From assembly GCF_025526975.1 (NCBI RefSeq), contig NW_026515672.1, positions 496,001-560,000 on the forward strand: a stretch of DNA of 64,000 nucleotides, given 5' to 3'. The DNA is from Fimicolochytrium jonesii (Eukaryota). The notes under the pieces were generated by a model, which saw nothing but the letters and a program-made list of their open reading frames with translations, was not told the origin of the DNA and did no database searches. Positions 25,649 to 36,877 of this stretch are shown here, piece by piece (the stretch's first letter is position 1; each line of letters opens with the position of its first letter). The position numbers and the translations under genes were made by a program.

Positions 25649-26926
25649 ATGATGGGTACCACTGGAACCACATCCTCCCATCCCGTCCCAGAACAAACCA
25701 ATCCCACCCTCACCCCGGCATCCGCTTCCGGAAGCACAGTGGACGACCAAGAGGATGCCTTCAGCGAGCGTCTCTCCAACGTCGATACCGACTCCGAATC
25801 TATAGTTGTCGTCGAGAGGAAACCCCTGCATCAAATCGATCTCGACGAGCCGCTTCCTCTTGACCTGGGAACGCCGATCGGAGTGAGTCTGGCGAAACTG
25901 GCAAAGGACTTTGAGGTCGCAACGAAAGGAGACGCGTTGGCAGAAGAAAGCTGCGATGATAAGGAGAACGTAAACTCGGGTCTGGCTGCTTTGCCGATTA
26001 ACATTGAGAAGCCAATCACACAGTCGACTTCTCGCGATGTGCCAACGGACGCACCAAGGGATGTTGGGGAAAAGGACGAGCAAGCGTCTGATGTGCCAAC
26101 CCCTCAAACGTCAATCAAGGAAGCCGCCAGCACAGTCCCCTCCAGCGCAGTCGTTCCCATTGCGCATCCCACTACACCCTCGTCCGCCACCGAGGAAAAC
26201 GAAGCATCGATCGCGCCAGCTGCCACATCCGACGCCCCATCCGAACAGGAATATACTGCTCGCGAAGAATTTGAGGCTGAAAACACCCTGCGTCAGCGTT
26301 CTGTCGCACAACAAGCAAAAGAGCCCATTGGAGAGTTCGAGGCATCCCATGAGACAGATTCATCTCCACAGCACTTTAAACAAGAAGCGAACAAAGATGT
26401 AGAGGACTACGACACAATCGAGCAGGAAATGGCCGCAGATCTCGCCGAATCCAAAACACATGTCGTACACGACGCACCCGAGCGAACGCTGGACGAGCAG
26501 CGACAAGCACGTAACAAAAACATTCTGGAGGAGGTCTGGGACTCGATCTTCACGCCAGGCATCAACAGTCGCGTGCAGGGAGTCATGAACCTGTCCTTTG
26601 CGGGACTGTTCCTTTCACTCTTAGCGTTGGCGGTGGCTACAGGTGGAAACCTTCACGTGCTGGCGCTGATGGGAGTCGCGGCGTGTTTGTTTGCGTCAAT
26701 TCAATGGTGGGTGGAAGAAACCTGACCATTTGCCGTCTCGGACTTTTATTTATCGCTCCTCATTCCCCTCAGGTTTCTGCACGAGTTGGCCAAACAACCT
26801 CCTCCACCCGCCCTCCAAGCCGACAAGACCGTCATCCCCTCCATCGAAGTCCTGCGTGCTACACCAACCACTGAAGAGTCCGAACCATTTGCTCTTCAGT
26901 CAGAAGACATATCAGGAGGGCAGTAG
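25649..26926 (+). CDS. PKR1: Pkr1 (ER V-ATPase assembly factor) domain protein with long acidic N-terminal extension, one intron
   Basis: EVWDSIFTPGINSRVQGVMNLSFAGLFLSLLALAVATGGNLHVLALMGVAACLFASIQW|FLHEL, a two-TM Pkr1 signature; stop TAG at 26924-26926. Confidence 0.8.
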
Positions 26927-27259
26927 ACAGGTTGTTGGCTAGGGACTCCTATGCGTCATTCCAGTGTTATGTAGCTCATGGCCGAGTACCCCACTCTTTC
27001 GTGTATGTAGGCTAGTCTTTCGTTTTCGAGAATGAGTGCGTTATATATCCCCAGCAGGAAGTAGGATGTAACAGTACTGTACATTATTGAAACATATCAA
27101 TGCTACCACGGATAGCAGTCCGGTCCACTTGCGCGATAGAGAATAGTCAAATTTGGTGCAAGTTACTGCAACGATCTGCGGCGCATTAGATGGTGGCGGG
27201 ATTCCATTGGGGAGTACTTGCAAGCTAAGCAGAGCTGATGTGCTACGTGGCTCACATCG

Positions 27260-30200
27260 TCAAGATGCCAAAAAGCGTAAATCTCCCTCATGCGGATCCT
27301 GGGCCGCGATCGTCTCCGTCTCTAGCGTTGCCTCGAACCGTGAATGTGCCAGGATTTCCTAATGACGAGCAAAAATGGCGTTAAGATTGCCTTTCACGAT
27401 CCACGATCAAAGTGAGATGCGGCGACGAACCTTCACACGGCTCCGCAGGACTTCCTTCCGATATTCTCGCCATTTCTGTTCCTTCTCGCCTGCGACGTAC
27501 GCTCGCCACATGCGCATGTAGCGTTTTGGGACGAGGCTGCGATGGTATTCAGAATCATTCAGAACGGAATGTTCCCATCATGAGGGACGAATGTACTGCT
27601 ATAAACACTTACCGCTGAGCCATGTTATCCGCCTTCGCGTACGCCGCTTGCTCGGCCGCGATTCGCCGCTTGCGCGCGATGTGGAACGCATCCCGCCAGC
27701 GCTGGAACCCTCGTTGCTCGGCGGATACCAGACTTTGCTTGATGGCCAATTGCGTGCTTTCCATGCGTGCCGAACGCGTCTGGTTTCATGATGATTGTTA
27801 GCGCATTTTCATATCTCCGCGGCCATCAAGTAATGACAATAAAATACCATCTTCCACCGCCTCCACATATCCGCGACACACCTCCCTCTATGCAGCTTAC
27901 AAGCCCTCTCCCACCTCTCCTTCACTCTCGCCTCCCACCGTTCCCTCCACCTCTTAACCCATCTCTTCTGCCACATTCCATCCGCACATCTCACCCCCTC
28001 CTCTCTCAACCCCACCCACGCCCTCCAAACCCCCCTAACACACCACCGCTCCCTAAACCGCCTAATCATATCATTAACAGCCTCGATCTGCGCTTTGCGG
28101 GCCGCCGCGGCTTCCTCGAGTGCTTTGCGTTCAGCGCGGGCACGCTCTTTCTCGGCTTCGGCTTGGCGCAGGGTTTCGGCTTCGGCGGCGGCGCGGGCGG
28201 CGGCCTGTTCGGCGGCGTGGGCTTCGCGGGCGAGGGCGAGTTGTTCGCGTTTGAGGCGGCGGGTGGCGTGGCGGGCTTCCATTGCTATGAACAAGTAAAG
28301 AACACCCGGGTGTCAGAATGTGTGAGGAGACGTGCGGCAGCAGAGAAGGAACGCACCATCTATCATCTGCTGATCCTTCACGCTTCGGATAGGCAGGCGA
28401 GGCTTCAGAGCTGGTTTTGCGATAGGGCGAGGTTTGGCTACGGTGTGCGCGTGTCCGGTCTCGGTGATGCTAGCCGCATCATCTTCGACTGGCCGATCGG
28501 AAGCCGAATTCAGGGCAGCTTCCGTCTGGACTGCCTCATCAACAACGGGCGTGCCCATCTCAGCTGCACCGTCCGCCACCACCCTCGCTTCATTGCGACC
28601 AGCACCCTCCGCCATACTTTTAAGATCCGCGACCACGGTCTCAACTCGCTTCTGTTCGACCTCAGCCTCGAGCTTCCGTCTCTTCTCGACTTTGAGCAGC
28701 AGCTCTTTCATCTGTTTCGCGCGTTCTTCGTGTTGGCGGCGGAGGGTTCGGGCTTCTTCTATGGGAAAGCAAATGATTCATGTTATCAGCTTACAAGCGC
28801 GTTGACATATAATCTGACGTCCGAACACACGTACTCTCCATCCTCGCCCAAGCAGCCCATGCCAGAAACGCTTTAGACTTCTGCCTGCTAGCGTGGAAAT
28901 TGGCCGCCATCGTTGCCGTCTCTTGCGCATGCTTGAGTTGACGGGCAAACTCCTCGGCTGCTCTAATCAAAGAAACGAAAACGAGGAACAAGAGACAAGG
29001 GACGGTTAGTTCCGCTCAACGGATTGACCGGGAATGTGAGGTATAAGATTATACCGTTTGTGAACCCGAGCGCGACGAGCTGCTTTCCAAGCCTGCCACA
29101 TTCCGTTCAGAAGACGCCAGCGACGAACGATCTAGAGCACGAAAGAAAATGAGCTCTTCATCTATCATGATGCAGGCGCTTCTTCATCCGTCCTCACCTG
29201 ACATTGCTGGAATGAGCGTTGATGGTCAACCACCAGCTGACACCAGGCGGCCAAGAACGTCTAGAACGGAACGGTTATCCATAGGTCGTCTAGAAGGTCA
29301 CTTTGAGAACGATTGGCATGCCTTCAGCATTTTAAGCCTTTTCAGTGAGTACAGCTCATCCGCACGCCATCGACCATATTCCAGTCGTTTCTGTTTCATC
29401 TCCTGTCGCTTCTTCTCTTCACTGTTTTCTACCTCGTTTGGTATATTGTGCGCCGAGTGTTTCTGGTGAATGAGGGTGTGGTCGCCGTTTTCTTTCCGGC
29501 TTCTTGCGGGATGAGTGCGCGATGTATTTGCCGTGGATGCATTAGGTGCTCTTGTCGCCGCATCATCATTAGCAAGAAGATCGTCTCTAAGATAGGGCGG
29601 ATAAGCTCAAGGGCTCCGCATGCGATATCCGGAGCACATGTGCATTACTTACACAAGGGCAAGACTCATCTTCTCCATTCCTTCTTCGTCTCTCCTACGT
29701 GCCCGTGACTTTGGTCGGAGCTTCTCACCCAGCGTCTCTTCGAGCGCGACCCGCGCGGCTCGGACGGCGATCTCCATTTTCCATCGCTCGCATTTTTCTT
29801 TCGGTGCCGGCGGTATTGGGGCGATATCTTTGTTTCTGCCATAGTGAACCCACCGTATCAGCTGACGAGCCTGATCTGTGAAGTGCAGCTGGGCCAGCGT
29901 CTCTTACCGCAACCTCTCAATGCCTTTCGTTTGCATCCGATGCAGCATTTTGGACTGCTTGTCCGCCAGCTTCCTCTCCACCTCCAATACTTTCTGCTGT
30001 CTTTGCTTCTCGCGACGCTCACGGACCAGGTCCTGCCTTTCTTGCAATGCCGCACGTGGGTCGTCCGGATGCTTGTGTGATTGTGGCGAAACCCCTATTG
30101 ACTGCATCAGGGCTTAGTTCTTGATCACTTCGCAGTGTGAAGGCGATGTCAAGTTACCTTGACGCAGCCATCTCTCACAGCCTCCTGCACAATAGCTCTA

Positions 30201-30918
30201 ACCTGTCTCCCTTCCGTCGCCGCACACAGCTGCTGTTCCAGGTTGGCTGCCCGGGCAGCAGCGTCATCGTACGTCACTCCTCCATCGCCCCCGTAAGTGA
30301 TCTTCCCTCGGATGCTTGCAGATGCATCCGCGTTTACGCTGAGGCGACTATCGACACTTGCAGCGCTGGTGACCCAGTGCTCCAGGAGTGCTCGGGCTTG
30401 AAGTTTCGATGCAAATGGGACGATCAGCTTTGACGAGCGGATGATGAGACCCAATCAAAGGTGGCGCGATGTAGAGAAGCGGTACATCCATACCTTCCAC
30501 CATAACATCGTTAGTGTTCTCCATCACCATATTCTCCAACGCCAACGACTCGGTCGCGTTCCAGGCCGACCGATCCGATTGCCCATTCCTCAGATACTGA
30601 TTCAACGCCCGCGATGACCCTGTCGGAGCATCGTCATCGCGACTAAACTGAGGGAAAATACTCCCATAATCAGGTACCGGCGCAATGATCTCGGGCTCGG
30701 CTGCGAGGGCGGCGGTTCGAGCGAAATGTCTATCCGCCGAGAAGTGTGATTTCGGGGCTAGCTGTTCCTCGTCTGCTCGCGGTATGCTGCTTCGTAATGG
30801 TGCGACATTCGATGACCTGGCAGGTGTATCCCAAGCCTAAAATGGTACGGAACTCAACCCTCAAGACTCCACAGCACAACAGCACAGAGCTATGTCGGCA
30901 CCAGCCGACTGACCTCAT
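27260..30918 (-). CDS. CCDC191 (KIAA1407)-like coiled-coil/Sfi1-repeat-like protein, spliced; start approximate
   Basis: ALLEHW; DPRAALQERQDLVRERRE; repeated F/W..W motifs (KAFLAWAAW, CVRGVWRAW); C-terminal WREYRKEVLRSRVK|EILAHSRF. Confidence 0.7.
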
Positions 30919-31386
30919 CCACACGCGTTTGGCTCGACCGTTGCTTATGATCGTCGTCGTGAGCCGGATGCCGACCAATGCATAGGGTGGACCAATCGTT
31001 GCTACTGTATAGAATGTCATATCAGAAAAGGCTTTGAGAATGAAACATAACACGAAATCAGACCTCATCATTCGTCGGACAGCTCTCGGCGTTTCCAGTT
31101 GATCAGCAAGATGGTGCAGCGATGCCAATTACGATGACGATGAAGCGACTCAATCGATGAGAAACCCTTCTTCATCTGCATATGTTAGCGATTGGTGCCA
31201 ACCTCTTCCATCTAAATCTAGATCCAGAACAGTACTACTCTCGATCTCGACAGCTTCTCAGAAAGGACGGAATAGGCATGACACACGCGTCACTCAGTCG
31301 CCTTCGGACGCGACGCGTTTTTCGCAAAAGGAAGCGTCCGACATGTATACGGGTTCAAGGCTACAGCCACATCTTAAACCTTCACT

Positions 31387-33333
31387 ATGCCAGCACCCAC
31401 CAAACTGGCCTCCAAAAAAGGCGCACCAACTGCATCTTCCTCCGATGCATTAGCAAAGGAAAGTGGCAGCAGCAACGCCTTACCAGCGATAGCCGCCAAA
31501 AGCGTTGCTAACGTCAATTCGAGTGCATCATCCCGCCCCGCTTCCGCCGGCAGCGATGCGTCGCTTGAATACGAGGGCTTGGTGCTGAGCTACGGGGACA
31601 GCGAAAAGATTATGGGCTGTGTGTTGCGGAGTGATACGAAGGGCGCAGAGTACGTTCGAGCGGAATTTTCTCTGTATCATGCGCCGCAAAAACTGCCTTC
31701 GGCTCACAGGATTAATTGGAGAATTATCTACTTCCTCCCCATGCAGCCTGGCTATCCGAAAAGCGCTCCATCTTCATCCACCTCCACCTCCACCCAAGCA
31801 CGTTCTATCCCTCTCGCAAGCGGCGGCTCTGGAAATCAAATCAGACCGGCATCTCGAAGACGAAGTGCAGAGGGACGGCATTTTTGCCCGCTACCTGGTG
31901 GATGCTTGCTGGTTCGCCATGACCAAAGGATTCACGAACTGGCAGCTGTCGGTGTGGATTACGGTTTTCTGTGCCGCTCATCGGGATTTCATTGGTAGTC
32001 TAATACCCATCCTCTGCAAATTTTGCTGAGATTTCGAAATGACAGGTGTGGCTAATCACACACTTCTCTGTCTAGGTCAGCTCCAACTGGACAAAGAGAT
32101 CAAGGGCGGCCATGAGAGCACGAATTCCATCAGCATGAGCGGGATAGAGTCTGCGAAGTTTTGCGAGCACCTCTTCCTGGAGACGCTCGTGACGTTCAAC
32201 TACCGCCGCTTCCAATCACAGGCGTTCACGAAGCAGGAAGCCATCGCTTTGATCGATTTCTTCACCGATAAGTAAGAAGCCATCTTGATTCGGTCAAATG
32301 CATGTGCGCACCTGCTGATCTTCCCTTCCCCATATTTCCCACAGCTACCTCCGCCACATCGACCTCATCTCCTTCGTCTTCACCCAATCGCAAGACGTCA
32401 ACCAGCATTCGGCGAAGTACCGCGTCAACCAGCCGGATGAATTCCGGCGAGCTAAAGGCGGGAAGGGCTCCTTTGACGCGAAACCGCTGAAAGATGCCGT
32501 GCCGGAAGAGCGGTGGAATGAGTTCTGTGCGATGGAGAGGGAGAGAGAGAAGGCGGAGAGGGAGCGGAGGGAGGTGAGTGGACTGTTTGAGACAATTTCG
32601 GGGTAGGCTCGTCAGCATCATTGAAGTGCTGATGCCTTCGCTTGATCGATGTAGCAAGAGGAAGCGGAAGCCGCACGGCTGAAGGCAGAGGAGGAAGGAA
32701 AAGCCGCCGCTGCACCGGCCCCAGTCGTCGATCTATCACGTAAGTGACCGATCTCAATCTTTTCCCACGTCCCCAAGTGCTGATGTTTTACATTCCGTGT
32801 CTGGTCGTACACCAGCCGCCGAACCCCCTATCTCAATCAAACCCCTCGAACTCCCACCCCCACCACAACCCAACCCAGCAACCCTCTTCCCACCATCGCT
32901 AATCGAAGCCGCAGCACACGAAGCACCCGTGCCCATCCCTGTCACCCAGGTCGACTCAACCCCTCCCACATCCGACTCAACATCCCCACCGCCCAGTCCC
33001 TTGCTCTCCACATCGGACATCCCGCGGAGCAAAACACTTTACCCCGCCGAAATCGCCCACATCCTCTCCGCGACGATCGACAGTCATCTCGCCGCTCTGT
33101 CGTCGCATCTGGAGAAGCAGATGGATCATCAGGCGGCGGAGATGGCGAGGATTTTGGAGAAGAGGGAGAAGGAGAAGAAGGCGGGTGGGGCCGTAGTGGG
33201 GAAGGTGGAGGAGGCGAAGAAGGTGGCGGCTGGTGCTGCTGGTGCGACGGCACCGAGGAGGGAGTCGGCGGCGGGCAAGACGAAGAGTGTTGGCGAAAAG
33301 AAGGTGGCTGGGAAGAGTGCAAAGGGACGGTAA
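31387..33333 (+). CDS. CLAMP-domain flagellar central-apparatus protein (CFAP119/C8orf74-like), spliced
   Basis: YLVDACWFAMTKGFTNWQLSVW and FTKQEAIALIDFFTD|(N)YLRHIDLISFVFTQSQ match the C1a-32/CLAMP pattern; Pro-rich linker; coiled-coil, Lys-rich tail. Confidence 0.7.
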
Positions 33334-33757
33334 ACAACACTTGTCGAGCCATAACCTTGGCAATGAAGCGGCGGAGCGACTGGTGCGCTGACGAGTCGCT
33401 TTGGAAACGGAATGCATATATCTGTCGTCAATGGGAACACCTCTTCAACTCAGTAGTGGTGCTACAGAATAAAATATATTCGTCCATCACCACAAACACA
33501 GGAGTCCCTACGCTATGCAGGCTACTCTATGTCCATGTCGCGAGCTACGCTACCTCATACACTTGCGTGCTACCCTCATGGGTCAAATCGAATGAAGTAA
33601 TGCAATGATAATGCATTTTCGTGCGGCGTGAAAAGGCCCAGCATCCAAAATGATCGTGCAAGGAACATGTAAACAAACCCATTGGGCATTGAGACGGTCC
33701 ACCCAACCAGTCTCTGCTCCACAAGGTATCTCAGCCAGAGTCGACATACAGAATTCT

Positions 33758-36281
33758 TCAGAGGTGAAGTTTCTCCACGGCCGAGATGAGACGAGTCAAT
33801 TCGCCCTTGATGTTCTGCGCGTGACGGACCGTCTTATCCTTTGTGTCAAGAACCTCAATGGACTCGGTTAATGCGTTGTATCGCGGCACAAATGGTCTGT
33901 CGATCGAATCGGTTGCGTAGTCCCTATAATGCAGGTGTGTTAGTTAACGTGATAGTTAGTTGCTGGGTGGTGTCCCAGCATTGCGCTAGCTTCACAAGCA
34001 TTCCAATCGAATCTTTCAAGTACCTGACTTGCTCTTTCATGTCCTGGAAGCAGATGCGATCAGCTTAAGTTTATGACAACCCACACGGGCTCCCACTGCA
34101 AACCTTACCTTGAAACTCTCGGCCACAAAGTACAATGGTTGGTACTCGGTGATTCTGCACAACGGAGAGAGTTGATCAGCAACGACACATTCTGTTCACT
34201 AGCCACTTGGTCATAGCAGCCACATACGGGTATTTCTGCACAGCGGCGACCTTGGGGTCAAAAGGCACCTTCTTTGGCTTGTCGCTCAAACAGTACTAAA
34301 ACGTTCGCCATCAGCAGACCGATAAGATTACTCTCACGTAAATGAAGCATGGACCTACCTCCAACTCCCCGAAACTGGAGAGTAAACCTGCGCCATACGC
34401 TTTGATCTCATTGCCTTGCCGGCACAGTCCAAACTCCACTGCAAAGTCATTGTATTGTAAGAATCTCGATTGCGAGGCTGTTGACGGCTCTCTGGTGAGC
34501 CCTTACCGGTGAACCAGTAGATCTGGGATTGCAAATGGCAGTTAGTAAGTGCGATAGGTGCCAGCATGCCCTCAATTTAGAGCGTACCGTTGCAAGCTTC
34601 TCGATAGCCTCGTCTGACGCTCCCAGAGATGCCAAGCCGATTTCCTACAGGAAAGTCAGTATTGGGCTTATACACGCCACTCAGTCGCCCAACGAAGCTG
34701 CGAACCTGCGAGAAATCGGCAAAGTCTGGAATTCATTGTTAAATCGGCGTCTCAACATTGCTTTCTGTACACTCCGAAACTCACCTGGGTCAGCATAGAG
34801 CGGAACGTGACCAAGCAGCTCATGGCACAGGTCCGGCTCCGGCGTGTACAAAGGTTCGGAATGGTGACGGATGTATTGTGTGCTGTGGAAGACGCGGAAC
34901 GCCAAGGCGTTCAAGAAGTCACGGGATGACAGAAGACCTGTTCCTCGCCCGGATTAGTCACAACTCGGGTAGTGAAGAAAGTTCAAAATGCGTGTCCAGC
35001 ACGCACCCATAACGGGCCGCAGTGTCCACCCAGTCGACTCCTTCATGAACCTCGACACATCCTCTACCTGAGGGATGTTGTCCGGGGCGTATCCACAATT
35101 GTGTTCCAGTAACTACAGGAACTCCACCCATCAGCTTTGTAGATTGCAAGGCACTCCGGTTACAGAGTTACTCACTGGAAGAACATATTGATGTTCCCGG
35201 CACGCGTGTGTCTTGTACAGAGCCGTGAGCTTCTTGTAGACGATACCCCTACATCGTAGATGATGGTCAGATCGTTCTCTTTGGCATTGAAAGCATAATG
35301 CATCTCACCATGTCTTGGTCTCCTGCTCGGTGTACTGGATTCGAGGCACGGCCTCGCCGCTTTGAAAATGGAGTAAAATTAGCACAAGCTACGAGTGTTA
35401 AAGCTCGTCCATCACATACTATTTGTATGTCCGTGCGATCCGCGTAATCTCCGCACGGCGTTCCCTGTATACTGGGTCTTTGAACCCAGGATGATCAGCG
35501 TCAAGCTCCTGTTTGCGAGGTATTCGATCAGCAGATGTGCTTCAGTGTGGGGAAGACCCACAGTGGCCACGCTCGCACCTGTCCGTAGGACATGACCTTC
35601 TCGGCGAAAGTGTCCATGTCGGATTTCTTCCGTGGGAACCATGGAGTCTTCTGCAGTGTGACTATTACGCGAAGGGTCAGTTTGACCGTCTCGCATCACC
35701 TGCAGCCTTCCGGACGCCCACCTCGATCAGTGTCACCGCTGCTCACGACACGCAGCTCCTTCACGACTTTCTGCAGCTGTGTCGATACCCTCTCGATTTG
35801 CGCCTCCTCTCCCGCGTTGAAGTCAACGAAGATCTCGTAAAAGTCGCGAGTTTGGCTGGGTCGCGATTCGATGCGCGACAACGATACGTTGAGTTTGCTA
35901 AGCTGCCGAAGAACCTCTTCCAGTGCCCCTGCCCGGTCTTCGATTTTGAAGCTGGGGAACGTGAATAGGTACGTTCAGCGCCTGCCAAGCAAGGACTGCT
36001 GCAAAAACCGACGCTTACCTCAGTGTAACGCGGAGCATTGGGTTCCCAGTTTCCACAGGTGCCGCTGCGGTTGCCGTTGCTTGGTTTCCATGGAAGCGCA
36101 AGCCAATAGGCCTTGCGCTTGCGGGAAAAGCACACAATGCTGTTGGGTAGCTGCCAAAGCGAAAGGAAGCAGTCCACGGACTCGCTGCTCTGCAAGTTGA
36201 GAGTGTGCGGGTCTGCTGGCGGAGTTGGGACACGGCACGACGGAGGGATCGGCCGGCGAGACAGGCTGCAGCGTGGGACAT
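33758..36281 (-). CDS. PAH: Phenylalanine-4-hydroxylase (biopterin-dependent aromatic amino acid hydroxylase) with ACT domain, ~16 exons
   Basis: ACT domain [114 protein letters not shown]. Confidence 0.95.
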
Positions 36282-36364
36282 GACGGCTACTACGATGGCG
36301 CAAGACAGAGACCTTTGCAGAAGGACTAGCTTGCAGGATGGAGCTGGGAATGGAAATGCGATAT

Positions 36365-36392
36365 GGGGGGGGGGGGGGGGGGGGGGGGGGGG
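36365..36392. repeat. Homopolymer of ~28 G (poly-C on the PAH strand)
   Basis: Uninterrupted G run ~85-110 nt upstream of the PAH ATG. Confidence 0.95.
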
Positions 36393-36877
36393 ATGTTTTC
36401 GCAGTCGGGAGGGTTTTCATCGAACGGATGGATCGATCGGTCAATAATACAGTACTATATTTGTTAAGCGCGCCTAATGTGAAAGGGCCTCCCAAAACTC
36501 AAAACGTTTAAGAATGGGATTCAAATAGTCCCAAGCAGCCGGCCAAATCAACTGACCGGCGTCCGCCTACCCCACACCCGCCGCATGACCGTGACGGTGA
36601 TTTTTGAACGCATCCGTGGCCGTCAGGACTCTCCGATTCAGCCAATCACGACGTGTTGCGGATGACCAGGGCTTCTCGTACGCGCAGCCGGTAAGCGTTC
36701 CTTCCGTTTCCTTTTTTTTTCTCTCAGGAACCAGGACCCAACGGACGGATTTCAACCCGTTCATAGGCATAGCATTTTTCACGAACATCGCAAATCGAAA
36801 ATTTAGCCATACTGTTCATGTGTTTACGGACACATTCTTCCAAAAATGATGCTCTGCTTCTTGACATGGGACCCTCC

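Noticed and set aside
27767..28876. 369-aa plus-strand ORF
   Set aside because: Antisense shadow of the CCDC191-like coiled-coil exons
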